Positions 31,339 to 39,831 are shown, counted from the stretch's first letter. The stretch is 41,540 nucleotides of DNA from Candidatus Moraniibacteriota bacterium (GCA_038208355.1 JBBQYU010000002.1:1-41540), one strand, 5' to 3'. Numbers and translations are program-made. The notes: generated by a model from the sequence alone, not told the origin.

Positions 31339-33909
31339 ATGTTGTGGAAAGATTTTGCTTCTGAGGACGGAGAAAACATCATCGCTAACCTGTGGGGCTC
31401 CGAGGCTGGTTTGTCATTTTCTGAGGCTAAAAAACGGTTAGAATATAGTGCGGCCAGCCAAATCAAAGAACGAGTCTTTCCTTTGTGGGGCATTATCAGG
31501 CGGCGTGTCAATACTTCATTTTTTTATATTCTTCTGGCGGCGGCCGGTCTTTCTTTCTTTCTCGGGGAACGGCTGGATGGGTCATTCATCATCATTTTTA
31601 TTCTGATTAATATCAGTCTTGAGACCTATCAGGAATATCACTCAGAAAAAGCGGTGCGCTTGCTGAAGCGGTATCTGGTAGTCCATGCTCGGGTTCGTCG
31701 AGGTGGTAAGGTTATCAAGGTGGAAAGTACGGAGGTAGTAGTGGGCGATTGCGTTCTTTTGGAAGCGGGGGATCGTGTGCCGGCGGATATGCGTTTTTTG
31801 GAAGTGAATGGGCTGGAGCTTGATGAAAGTATCATGACCGGAGAGTCGTTGCCGGTTGGGAAGAAAGCCGATTGTTTGCGGGTGCCGCCGGCAGAAATGC
31901 ATGAGGCGAAAAATATCGGCTTTGCCGGCACCGTAGTAACTGGCGGTCGGGGAGAGGGAATTGTTTTTGCTATCGGTAAAGACACTGCTTTTGGTGACAT
32001 TGCCGCCCTGGCTGAAGGTGAGGAGATTGAAAGAGAAACAGTTTTTGAGAGAGGGATTACACAGTTTAGCCGTTTCATCGTCAAGCTGGTTCTTTTTACG
32101 CTCACCATCATCTTTTTTGCCAACATTCTTCTGCGGGGCGGGGATGCTAATTGGATTGAGCTGCTCATTTTTTCCTTGGCGCTGGCGGTATCCGTGGTGC
32201 CGGAAGCCCTGCCGGTCATTATTACAGTTGCCCTTTCGCGAGGGTCGATTCGTTTGGCTCAGAAGAAAGTGATTGTGAAGCGACTCTCTGCTATTGAGGA
32301 CCTGGGCAGTATCGAGGTGCTCTGTTGTGATAAAACCGGGACGCTGACAGAAAATCTGTTAGCGGTCACTCAGGTGCGGGCCGCTGATGAGCGCGCCTGT
32401 CTCAGGCTGGCTTTCGCCAGTTGTCTGGAGGAACCAACGGATCGGGGGAAACTCCATGATGCCTTTGATCTGGCTCTCTGGCAAGCCCTTTCGGTTTCAG
32501 AACACGAAAAGATGAAACGGGGGAAACGTTTGGATAATATTCCTTTTGATCCGGAACGGCGGCGTAATAGTGTGCTGTTCGAGAACGGACAAGAACGAGA
32601 GGTAATCGTGCGGGGGGCTCCGGAAGAAGTTTTGCGTATCTCGAAAAATGTGGATGCTTACACCGCTACCCAGTTGATGAACTTTGTTGCTGAGTCGGGG
32701 CGGCGGGGCGAGCGAGTATTAGCGGTGGCACGCAAGTCCTTTCCTCGTGGCAATACGTATTCAATTTATGAGGAGCAGCATCTAGAGTTTATCGGCCTTA
32801 TCGCTTTTGCTGATACACTCAAAAAGACTGCTCACGAGACCATCATTCAGGCTAAGAAATTGCACGTGGAAGTAAAAATTATTACCGGGGATAGTCCGGA
32901 GGTCGCGGGAGCAGTCGGGTATGCTGTGGGTCTTCTAAAAAATCCCGAAGATGTTTTGACTGGGAAGCAGTTGGAAGCTATGAATGATACGGAACGTCGA
33001 GCGGCCTTGCTCACTGGGTCTGTGTTTGCGCGCATATCGCCGCAGCAGAAATATGAAATCATCAAGACGCTTCAGGAGAGTCGGGAGGTCGGCTTTTTGG
33101 GGGAGGGTATCAATGACGCTCCGGCTCTCCGCTTGGCTGATGTGGCCATCGTAGTGGAGAGCGCCTCCGATATCGCTCGGGAAGCGGCGGATGTAGTGCT
33201 CCTGCATCGCAGCCTGGGATCGGTGGTGGATGGTATCAAGGAGGGGCGCATTATTTTTGCCAATATCATGAAGTATCTCAAGATTACCCTCACTTCTAAT
33301 TTTGGTAATTTCTATTCGGTGGCGCTGGCTTCACTCTTTCTTCCCTTCGTGCCGTTGATACCGATTCAGATACTGCTGCTCAACCTTCTTTCGGACTTCC
33401 CTATGATTGCTATTGCTACGGATAACGTTGATCCGGGAGAGTTGGAAAAGCCCAAGAACTATCAGGTGCATGAGGTCGTTTTGATGGCGACTTTACTTGG
33501 AGTGGTCAGTTCTTTCTTTGACTTCATGCTCTTTGGAGCTCTCTATCGAGTCTCGGCGGAAACGCTTCAGACAGCCTGGTTTGTGTTGAGCGTCATCACA
33601 GAAATAATCCTCATTTTTTCTCTGCGGACCACCTTTGTTTTTTTCCGGGCGCGCCGGGCTTCGTTGCCGCTTATCACTCTTTCCTTCTTGGCCCTTGTGG
33701 CGGCAGTAGCTTTGCCGTTTATCCCGGCCGCCGCTCAGGCCCTGCATTTCATTTCACCAAATTCGGAATTACTCCTGTTTATTGCGGCTTTGGTGATTGG
33801 GTATTTCTTCGCCACCGAGGCGGTCAAGCGTCTGTACTATCGTCATCTCCAAACACTTGATCAGGGAGGATTAGAAAGGCACGGGCGTCGGGTATTGTCG
33901 GTGCGGTAA
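31339..33909 (+). CDS. mgtA: P-type cation-transporting ATPase, MgtA-like (Mg2+ importer type, tentative)
   Basis: TGES (MTGESLPV), phosphorylation site CCDKTGTLTEN and hinge GEGINDAPALRLADV. The segment ...TLTSNFGNFYSVALASLFLPFVPLIPIQILLLNLLSDF... resembles the MgtA-specific segment. Confidence 0.75.
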   Translation: MLWKDFASEDGENIIANLWGSEAGLSFSEAKKRLEYSAASQIKERVFPLWGIIRRRVNTSFFYILLAAAGLSFFLGERLDGSFIIIFILINISLETYQEYHSEKAVRLLKRYLVVHARVRRGGKVIKVESTEVVVGDCVLLEAGDRVPADMRFLEVNGLELDESIMTGESLPVGKKADCLRVPPAEMHEAKNIGFAGTVVTGGRGEGIVFAIGKDTAFGDIAALAEGEEIERETVFERGITQFSRFIVKLVLFTLTIIFFANILLRGGDANWIELLIFSLALAVSVVPEALPVIITVALSRGSIRLAQKKVIVKRLSAIEDLGSIEVLCCDKTGTLTENLLAVTQVRAADERACLRLAFASCLEEPTDRGKLHDAFDLALWQALSVSEHEKMKRGKRLDNIPFDPERRRNSVLFENGQEREVIVRGAPEEVLRISKNVDAYTATQLMNFVAESGRRGERVLAVARKSFPRGNTYSIYEEQHLEFIGLIAFADTLKKTAHETIIQAKKLHVEVKIITGDSPEVAGAVGYAVGLLKNPEDVLTGKQLEAMNDTERRAALLTGSVFARISPQQKYEIIKTLQESREVGFLGEGINDAPALRLADVAIVVESASDIAREAADVVLLHRSLGSVVDGIKEGRIIFANIMKYLKITLTSNFGNFYSVALASLFLPFVPLIPIQILLLNLLSDFPMIAIATDNVDPGELEKPKNYQVHEVVLMATLLGVVSSFFDFMLFGALYRVSAETLQTAWFVLSVITEIILIFSLRTTFVFFRARRASLPLITLSFLALVAAVALPFIPAAAQALHFISPNSELLLFIAALVIGYFFATEAVKRLYYRHLQTLDQGGLERHGRRVLSVR

Positions 33910-33921
33910 AAATATGTGATC

Positions 33922-33958
33922 AAAAAAACACCCCTCGACTGGCTCGGGGGTGTTTTCT
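33922..33958. terminator. Bidirectional terminator between mgtA-like and thrS
   Basis: A-run, ACACCCC (33928-33934) ... GGGGTGT (33947-33953), then a T-run. Confidence 0.65.
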
Positions 33959-33972
33959 TTGAGCGAAGCAAG

Positions 33973-35241
33973 CTATTTTTTGGCAGTGATGGCTTCCTGG
34001 ATGAGAGCGAGAGCATCACCGATGGTCTGTAGGCCGAGCGAGCCGTCAGTCCGGTGTTCCAGGGTGACACTTTCGGCCGCGACTTCCTTGTCACCGATGA
34101 CGATGAGATAGGGGATTTTTTCCATTTTGGCCTTGCGGATACGTTTGCCAAGCGATTCATCGCTTTGATCAAGTTCCACCCTGATTCCTGCGGTACGAAG
34201 TTTTGTGGTCACACTTTCGGAAAAAATTCGATGGGCTTCTCCAATAGGGAGCACGGTCACCTGTACCGGGGCCAGCCAAACCGGGAAGGCTCCAGCGTAG
34301 TGTTCTATCAAAAAGGCAATGACTCGCTCGATAGCGCCGATGGAAGAACGATGAATGACCACAGGGCGTTTCTCTTGGCCGTCAGCGTCGATGTAGGTCA
34401 GGTTGAAACGGTCAGGCATACAAAAATCATATTGCACGGTGAAGGCGGTGTTTTCTTTACCGCGAGCATCCTTCATCTGGATGTCGATTTTTGGTCCGTA
34501 AAAAGCGGCTTCATCTGAGGCCTCGACGAATTCACTCTTGCGTTCTTTTAAGACGGAGCGCAGCATGGCCTCGCCTTCGTCCCAGGCCACATCATTTTTG
34601 TAGTATTTCTTGTCATCGGTTCTGTCACCGAGAGAGAGGCGGTATGAGTAGTCTGCTCCGAGCTTGAGCCCGAAAACGGAGGAGATATATTCGATGAGAT
34701 CGAGTGCCTTACCGACTTCTTCAGCCGCTTGGCCTTTATCTTTGCAAATGATATGGGCATCGGCCAGACAGAAACTGCGCACGCGGATGAGACCAGAGAG
34801 TTCGCCGGAGCCTTCATAGCGGTAGAGCTTGGCCAGTTCAGCGATGCGCAGGGGTAGCTCGCGGTAGCTGCGTGGGCGATCGGCATAGAGCTGGAAATGG
34901 TGCGGACAGGTCATGGGACGGAGCATGTATTCGTGCTCGTCGATAACGATGGGCGCGTACATGGAGTCTTTGTAGTAGGGATAGTGGCCCGACGTCTTGT
35001 AGAGGTCGAGTTTGGCGATGTCGGGAGTATAGACATGGCTGTAGCCCCAGGCAATTTCGGTGTCGACGATAAAGCGCTCCAAGACCCGTCGCAGGGTCGC
35101 TCCTTTGGGAAGCCAGAGTGGCAACCCGGAACCTACCAGGTCAGAAAAAGTAAAAAGTTCCAGCTCTTTTCCCAGACGTCGGTGGTCATTGCTGGCCAAG
35201 GCTTCGGATGCTTCTTGATTTTCTGTTTGGTTCTCGGACAT
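33973..35241 (-). CDS. thrS: Threonine--tRNA ligase, short form (catalytic plus anticodon-binding domains only)
   Basis: ...DHRRLGKELELF..., Zn ligands in ...RPMTCPHHF..., motif 2 IRVRSFCLADAHII, motif 3 ...SIGAIERVIAFLIEHYAGAFPVWLAP..., and a C-terminal anticodon-binding domain. ATG at 35241 (track TTG at 35250). Confidence 0.9.
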   Translation of the reverse strand: MSENQTENQEASEALASNDHRRLGKELELFTFSDLVGSGLPLWLPKGATLRRVLERFIVDTEIAWGYSHVYTPDIAKLDLYKTSGHYPYYKDSMYAPIVIDEHEYMLRPMTCPHHFQLYADRPRSYRELPLRIAELAKLYRYEGSGELSGLIRVRSFCLADAHIICKDKGQAAEEVGKALDLIEYISSVFGLKLGADYSYRLSLGDRTDDKKYYKNDVAWDEGEAMLRSVLKERKSEFVEASDEAAFYGPKIDIQMKDARGKENTAFTVQYDFCMPDRFNLTYIDADGQEKRPVVIHRSSIGAIERVIAFLIEHYAGAFPVWLAPVQVTVLPIGEAHRIFSESVTTKLRTAGIRVELDQSDESLGKRIRKAKMEKIPYLIVIGDKEVAAESVTLEHRTDGSLGLQTIGDALALIQEAITAKK

Positions 35242-35270
35242 AGCTTTCAAACGCGAATAGTTATGGCTTT

Positions 35271-35300
35271 ATAATAGCGCTTTTTAGGTTTATTGTGCAA
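35271..35300 (-). promoter_or_regulatory. Candidate sigma-70 promoter for thrS
   Basis: On the minus strand: TTGCAC (35300-35295), 18-nt spacer, TATTAT (35276-35271). Confidence 0.45.
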
Positions 35301-35307
35301 ATCACCC

Positions 35308-35335
35308 TTGACTTTCTTAAAATATGTGTTACCAT
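35308..35335 (+). promoter_or_regulatory. Candidate plus-strand promoter with an extended -10
   Basis: TTGACT (35308-35313), 16-nt spacer ending in TGT, TACCAT (35330-35335). Confidence 0.4.
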
Positions 35336-35341
35336 AGAGAC

Positions 35342-35419
35342 GATCATTGATCCTCCTGGTGCGGGTAACCGCGCCTTTACACCCCAAGCGGCAATAGCTG
35401 CGAGGGGTGCGTTTTTTTT
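35342..35419 (+). ncRNA. Candidate ~78-nt small RNA (promoter to intrinsic terminator, no ORF)
   Basis: Downstream of the 35308 promoter lie a CCUCC-containing single-stranded stretch (GATCCTCCTGG, 35349-35359) and a GCGG-GUAA-CCGC tetraloop hairpin (35361-35372). A long interrupted stem CACCCC..GCGGC-AATA-GCTGC..GGGGTG follows, then T8 on the plus strand only. Confidence 0.3.
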
Positions 35420-36842
35420 ATTTCTTCTCTTCGACTTCTTGGAAGGAAAGATTGAGATCTTTTTTGAGTTCAAAAGACTGGGTGTATTCCTTGTCTTTCG
35501 TTTTGATGGTGACGGTGACAGGGATAGTACCGGTGCCGGACTGTTTTTGGATAAGGAGACGGTAATCAGTGGGAGTGATGGTGTCGGGCAATTCGTATTC
35601 GATACCGGTTTCCAGAGTGCGCCCCATGATAGCATCGACTTTGTAGCCGAAGACCGTTTTGTTCATATCGGTCGATGCGGAGGTGAGTACTCCTCCCGTA
35701 TGCCGGCGGGACTGATCGATATACGTCGACCCTGAGGGGGCAAGGATACGGGTATAGGTGTGGTAGTCACTGGTGCGCCAGTCGCCGTGAGTGGCCGTGT
35801 GATTGTAACTGTAGGAAACGTTGGCTTTGGGCTTTTCTCCGGTGAAGTCCACGGTGTAGTTTAAGGTGCGTTTGACGAAGTAGTCGCTTTTTAGAGCGCC
35901 TAAGTTAGCATCGACGACCATGAGGTAATCGCCGGTCCAGTCAGTGACCACGCCGCCGTCCCAGTGGACACTGGTGATGAGAGATTGTAGCGGTTCATCA
36001 TGGAAATAAATCATGATGTCTTTGTTGCGCAGCTCAGCCTGGGCAAACTCGGCGATTTTAGGAATTTGTTCAACGTGGTTGAGGCGGTTGATCATTTCGC
36101 CGGCGATGCGCTTCATGACATTCTTGCGATTTTCTTTGAGTTCGGCCGGTACATTATCACCGAGGTAATTTTTTTCTACTGCCTCTTCTAATTTGAGCGC
36201 ACCGTCACTGCTCTCAAAGGTGCCGAAGCCCGGGACGGTGATGGCCCCGGTCAGATCGAGGGCGTGGTTGAATACATCGGCATTGACGGCGATGACCGCA
36301 TCGAATTTCTCACGCCCGCCACCTAAACGGTAGAAGTACTCGGCCTTTTGGGCGTTATAGGGGAAGTCCGGAGAAAAATTAGAATCGCGCATCATCCAAC
36401 GTTTGATTTGAGAGTAGCGGGTCAGGGGCCAGGGCGGGGTGATGGCAATGCCGGCGTTCTTGATGCGCTGATCGAGCAGGTTGGTATCTTCTACTACCGC
36501 CGAGATGATTTCAGCGTTCTTGACTTTGATGACAGCATATTGACCCAAAAATCCGCCGCCTGGACGCAGTTCATAATTATTTTGGAGGAGAATCAAAAAA
36601 ACGCGCACCCGATCATCATGGGCGGCTAGGGTTTGGACAAGACTATTGGCCACCTCGATTTCCTGTTTGGTGTCGGGCGCGATGGGCAGGAGCTGAGAGA
36701 CTTTTTGGAAAAAATTGAACGACCCGGCTGCAAATTCAGTTTTGTGTGATTTGGCGTAGAGGAAGGTGGAAAGTCCGCCTAAAATAAGCAAAAAAGCAAC
36801 AACGAGGACGATGATACGACCCTTAGTAAAGAAGGTATTCAT
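35418..36842 (-). CDS. DUF4012 domain-containing membrane-anchored protein
   Basis: N-terminal TM segment, then ...FLILLQNNYELRPGGGFLGQYAVIKVKNAEI..., the motif I associate with DUF4012. ATG at 36842 (track TTG at 36854). Confidence 0.65.
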   Translation of the reverse strand: MNTFFTKGRIIVLVVAFLLILGGLSTFLYAKSHKTEFAAGSFNFFQKVSQLLPIAPDTKQEIEVANSLVQTLAAHDDRVRVFLILLQNNYELRPGGGFLGQYAVIKVKNAEIISAVVEDTNLLDQRIKNAGIAITPPWPLTRYSQIKRWMMRDSNFSPDFPYNAQKAEYFYRLGGGREKFDAVIAVNADVFNHALDLTGAITVPGFGTFESSDGALKLEEAVEKNYLGDNVPAELKENRKNVMKRIAGEMINRLNHVEQIPKIAEFAQAELRNKDIMIYFHDEPLQSLITSVHWDGGVVTDWTGDYLMVVDANLGALKSDYFVKRTLNYTVDFTGEKPKANVSYSYNHTATHGDWRTSDYHTYTRILAPSGSTYIDQSRRHTGGVLTSASTDMNKTVFGYKVDAIMGRTLETGIEYELPDTITPTDYRLLIQKQSGTGTIPVTVTIKTKDKEYTQSFELKKDLNLSFQEVEEKK

Positions 36843-36894
36843 GTGTAGAGACAAGGAAATTAAAGCTTCTCCAATATAGCAGGAAGAGCGTGGT

Positions 36895-36923
36895 TTGAAA
36901 AGTGTGGGAATGTGCGCTACAAT
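36895..36923 (+). promoter_or_regulatory. Candidate sigma-70 promoter for tRNA-Gly(CCC)
   Basis: TTGAAA (36895-36900), 17-nt spacer, TACAAT (36918-36923), about 33 nt upstream of the tRNA. Confidence 0.5.
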
Positions 36924-36956
36924 GGCTTCGTTCGGAAAAGAAGAGTGGAAAAGTAG

Positions 36957-37027
36957 GCGAGATTAGTATAATGGTAGTACATGACCTTCCCAAGGTTAGG
37001 GCACGGGTTCGATTCCCGTATCTCGCT
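36957..37027 (+). tRNA. tRNA-Gly (anticodon CCC)
   Basis: Hand-folded cloverleaf. Acceptor GCGAGAT/ATCTCGC, D stem GTAT/GTAC (one G-U), anticodon stem TGACC/GGTTA with loop TTCCCAA, T arm ACGGG-TTCGATT-CCCGT. Discriminator U, no encoded CCA. Confidence 0.85.
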
Positions 37028-37062
37028 CTGAAAGCATCAGAGACTCCCTTCTAGGGAATTTT

Positions 37063-39000
37063 TTATTTTTCTGTTTTATTCTGCCACTCGTTGAGAGAAG
37101 TATTTATTTTGGCCAGTATTTTTTTGGCGAAGACTATGGCATAGTGTTCGTGTTGAATGGTTATCATTGTGTCTGTTTCGGGGTTGGTAAAGGAGAGATG
37201 AATGTTCGCGGGAAGATTGACTTGGGTACCATAATTGAGGAGCGCTAAGAATTCAGGATGTGTTGGTTTTTCTGTCGTGGTTTGGGCTCCCAAAACCAGC
37301 GGGTCGGCAGGTATATTTTCGGAAGTATTTGTTTCTGGTGGGGGGGATTCTTCAGGCTTAGGAAGAAGGGTTTGGTCAGGCGGAGATGCTGTAGGAATGA
37401 TGTTCGAAGGCGCGGGTTTTGTTGGCTCCTTCTGCCAGGCCCAGGCCTGGCCTTTTATTTTCTGATACACAACACCGTCGGCGGCCGGAGCATCAAGCTG
37501 GTAGCGTATGGTTTGGATGGTTTTTCCGTTGGGCGCTCGCAATTCTATTTTACCTTTTTGGTTGGGGAGGGTGAAAAAAGCACTGGTTCGTGTGAGATGA
37601 GTCTCTTGTTTGGGAGCGATGATGAAATCTTCTCGAATAGGATGATTGACGAGGTTTTTCCAGCCGGTGGCAATGCTCCAGTCTTTGAGATTGACCTCTT
37701 TTTTCTCCCGATTGACTATAGATATCCATTCCTGGTCCAGGTCGCTACCCGCTGGGTTGGGGAGGAGGGCCGTGATACGGACTTCTGGCGGTTGGTAGGA
37801 ACGGATTTTTAGAGTGAATGTTTCTACCACGTCTTCGACGCCGTCAGTCGTCGTCAGCCTGAGAGTATAGGTACCGTTTTTTGCGTACGCATGAGAGGGT
37901 TCTGCCTGGTAGCTTTTGTGGCCATCACCGAAGTCCCAGGTGTATTTGAGTTTTTGTTTGTCGGCGTCTTTTCCACTCGCGCTAAAAGCGACCGGTATGT
38001 CCCGATAGCCTTCTTTGGGCACACGTTCCTTAATTTTCGGGAGGTTGTTGAGATGATTTATCTGTCCCGGAGTCGGTGTGCCGCCACGCCAACCGCTTGT
38101 CGTGTAGTTGAGCGAGACATCTTCTTTAGTTTTTTCGTAGCTCATGGTAGCGACCATCGCCCCTATAGCATCGAAGAGAGTAATCGTCTCGTTGGTATTA
38201 TTGAGAGAGAGCTTAAAGTCTTGGTCGGTCACCACCAGCAGAGCGTGTTGTGTGATAGTGGTTCCAGTGGGGAAGACATAGCGACCGGTTTTGGTGGCGT
38301 CTCTGATAGTCCAGCCGGAAATATCTTGGTCGATATCACTGAAGTTGACGAGTTCGATAAACTCCCCGGCGTCATTTTTGGCCGCGGGGTTAGGGAAGAC
38401 TTCATTGATACGGATGGTGTAGGTTTGGGGAGGGAGAGTGGTATCTGAGGGTGGCTCTGGGGCCGGACAGACATCGAGCGTGCTGCCAGTAGGAGTGGGT
38501 TCCGTGAGCGAAAGCCAGCTGAGGTCGGCGGGAGTGCGGGTGAGGCTCTGGGTGACCGGGGCAAGATAGATTGTCTCAGCGCCCCAGGCTACAGAATCTA
38601 GGAGTGTGCCACCTGTTTCTTCGGGAGCATACAGGAGGACTGTATAGTTATCGGTCAGGGTCGTGGCCGTAGTGATATTGGCCAAGGAAGCAAAGGTCCC
38701 TTTGCTGTTGGCCCACAAAAAATACCCCTGCGCTGGTATACAGCTGTTTGATTTTATAACGGCGAGGGAGTTTTCGACGCCTTTGCTGTTACGGTATCTC
38801 AAACGGAAATGCGAGAGGTCGACTGGGGCGGCACTAAGATTGATCAGTTCGATGAACTCATTACTGTCGCTGGCCTTTTCTGTGCCGACGAGTACCTCGC
38901 TTAAAAAAATTTCCGGAGACGCTCCAAGAGCGCTGCGGAGAGGAACGGCGAGGACGTAAGTGAGAAGGATAATAAAAAAGAAAAGAAATATTTTCTTCAT
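37063..39000 (-). CDS. Secreted lamin-tail-domain (LTD) protein with a PKD domain
   Basis: Signal peptide. Three LTD-like segments: ...FLSEVLVGTEKASDSNEFIELINLSAAPVDLSHFRL..., ...IRINEVFPNPAAKNDAGEFIELVNFSDIDQDISGWTI... and ...VRITALLPNPAGSDLDQEWISIVNREKKEVNLKDWSI.... PKD-like ...KYTWDFGDGHKSYQAEPSHAYAKNGTYTLRLTTTDG.... Confidence 0.8.
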   Translation of the reverse strand: MKKIFLFFFIILLTYVLAVPLRSALGASPEIFLSEVLVGTEKASDSNEFIELINLSAAPVDLSHFRLRYRNSKGVENSLAVIKSNSCIPAQGYFLWANSKGTFASLANITTATTLTDNYTVLLYAPEETGGTLLDSVAWGAETIYLAPVTQSLTRTPADLSWLSLTEPTPTGSTLDVCPAPEPPSDTTLPPQTYTIRINEVFPNPAAKNDAGEFIELVNFSDIDQDISGWTIRDATKTGRYVFPTGTTITQHALLVVTDQDFKLSLNNTNETITLFDAIGAMVATMSYEKTKEDVSLNYTTSGWRGGTPTPGQINHLNNLPKIKERVPKEGYRDIPVAFSASGKDADKQKLKYTWDFGDGHKSYQAEPSHAYAKNGTYTLRLTTTDGVEDVVETFTLKIRSYQPPEVRITALLPNPAGSDLDQEWISIVNREKKEVNLKDWSIATGWKNLVNHPIREDFIIAPKQETHLTRTSAFFTLPNQKGKIELRAPNGKTIQTIRYQLDAPAADGVVYQKIKGQAWAWQKEPTKPAPSNIIPTASPPDQTLLPKPEESPPPETNTSENIPADPLVLGAQTTTEKPTHPEFLALLNYGTQVNLPANIHLSFTNPETDTMITIQHEHYAIVFAKKILAKINTSLNEWQNKTEK

Positions 39001-39056
39001 ATCATAGTATAGAGCGCATCACTATCAGTATCATACACGAAAAAAGAAAAAATGAC

Positions 39057-39085
39057 TTGGGAAATATCGAGAAACGTGTTACAAT
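39057..39085 (+). promoter_or_regulatory. Candidate promoter with an extended -10 for the 39112 operon
   Basis: TTGGGA (39057-39062), 17-nt spacer ending in TGT, TACAAT (39080-39085). Confidence 0.4.
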
Positions 39086-39111
39086 GTGGGTAAATAAATA
39101 AACAAACACAT

Positions 39112-39456
39112 ATGGAAGAATCAAAAACAAGCAGTACTAAAAAATCGACAATGGGCAATAATTGGATGATGTTTCTCTTGGAGAACATTTTCGGCAGCGT
39201 GCAGACGTTTGTCGACGGAGCCTTGGGGAGTGTACACGAAGCAGCGCATGTGTTTATGACTCGTTTGGCCTTGCGGGCGTTTGTTTTTTTCTTCACTTTG
39301 GCCGGTTTCATTTTTTTCTTTTCGGGAGCGTCAGAGCTCCTAAGCGCGGTATTTCGCATTCCCGGTATGGGCGGCATTACTGTGGGCCTCTTTATGCTCT
39401 TGCTCTCTCTCGTCATCCATGTGTTTAGCTTGCCGGAAAGAACTCATCGTCGCTAG
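39112..39456 (+). CDS. Small two-TM membrane protein (YqjE/DUF1469 'holin-X'-like, tentative)
   Basis: Two long hydrophobic segments (...LALRAFVFFFTLAGFIFFFSGA... and ...GGITVGLFMLLLSLVIHVF). Sits next to a DUF883-like gene, as in E. coli yqjD-yqjE. Confidence 0.4.
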   Translation: MEESKTSSTKKSTMGNNWMMFLLENIFGSVQTFVDGALGSVHEAAHVFMTRLALRAFVFFFTLAGFIFFFSGASELLSAVFRIPGMGGITVGLFMLLLSLVIHVFSLPERTHRR

Positions 39457-39498
39457 AATAGTCAGCTTCTTTCATTTATCCGTTGTAACAATAATCAT

Positions 39499-39747
39499 AT
39501 GAACAAAACAGAATTGCAGGGAAAAATCGCTGCCGAGATTGACAAGAGTCGGGCCAAAGCAGAAAAAGAAATTGCCAAGGTGAAGAAGCAGATTGATGGC
39601 ACCATTAGCAAGGTAGAGGGCTATGTGAAGAAAAACCCGGAGAAGGCGGCCATGATTGCTGCCGGCGTAGGAGCGGCTTTGGGATCGGTGTTGACCGCTT
39701 TCATGACTCACAAGAAGAAGTCAGCTGCCAAGAAAGGCAAGAAGTAG
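39499..39747 (+). CDS. DUF883 (ElaB/YqjD/YgaM-like) C-tail-anchored protein
   Basis: Lys/Glu-rich helical N-terminus and the C-terminal ...VKKNPEKAAMIAAGVGAALGSVLTAF... anchor typical of DUF883. Confidence 0.6.
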   Translation: MNKTELQGKIAAEIDKSRAKAEKEIAKVKKQIDGTISKVEGYVKKNPEKAAMIAAGVGAALGSVLTAFMTHKKKSAAKKGKK

Positions 39748-39774
39748 GGACAACTCATCGAAGACACTTCTTTT

Positions 39775-39800
39775 CCCACCACTCCCCGTGGTGGGATTTT
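39775..39800 (+). terminator. Rho-independent terminator
   Basis: CCCACCAC (39775-39782) / GTGGTGGG (39788-39795), followed by ATTTTGTTT. Confidence 0.65.
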
Positions 39801-39831
39801 GTTTGCTATACTGTATATACTACTTACTCTT

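Noticed and set aside
31638-32219. Minus-strand ORF of 193 aa inside the P-type ATPase gene
   Set aside because: It is antisense to a region carrying the TGES and DKTGT motifs. The Ser/Thr/Pro/Arg-rich translation is typical of a GC-position shadow frame.
35242-35417. T-box or other leader riboswitch upstream of thrS
   Set aside because: The best minus-strand promoter (-10 at 35276-35271) leaves only ~20-25 nt of leader before the ATG. That is far too short for a T-box, and no specifier or T-box sequence is evident.
35295-35735. Plus-strand ORF of 146 aa
   Set aside because: It starts inside the thrS promoter region, crosses a strong plus-strand terminator with T8, and is antisense to the DUF4012 gene. 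The region is better explained as a short non-coding transcript.
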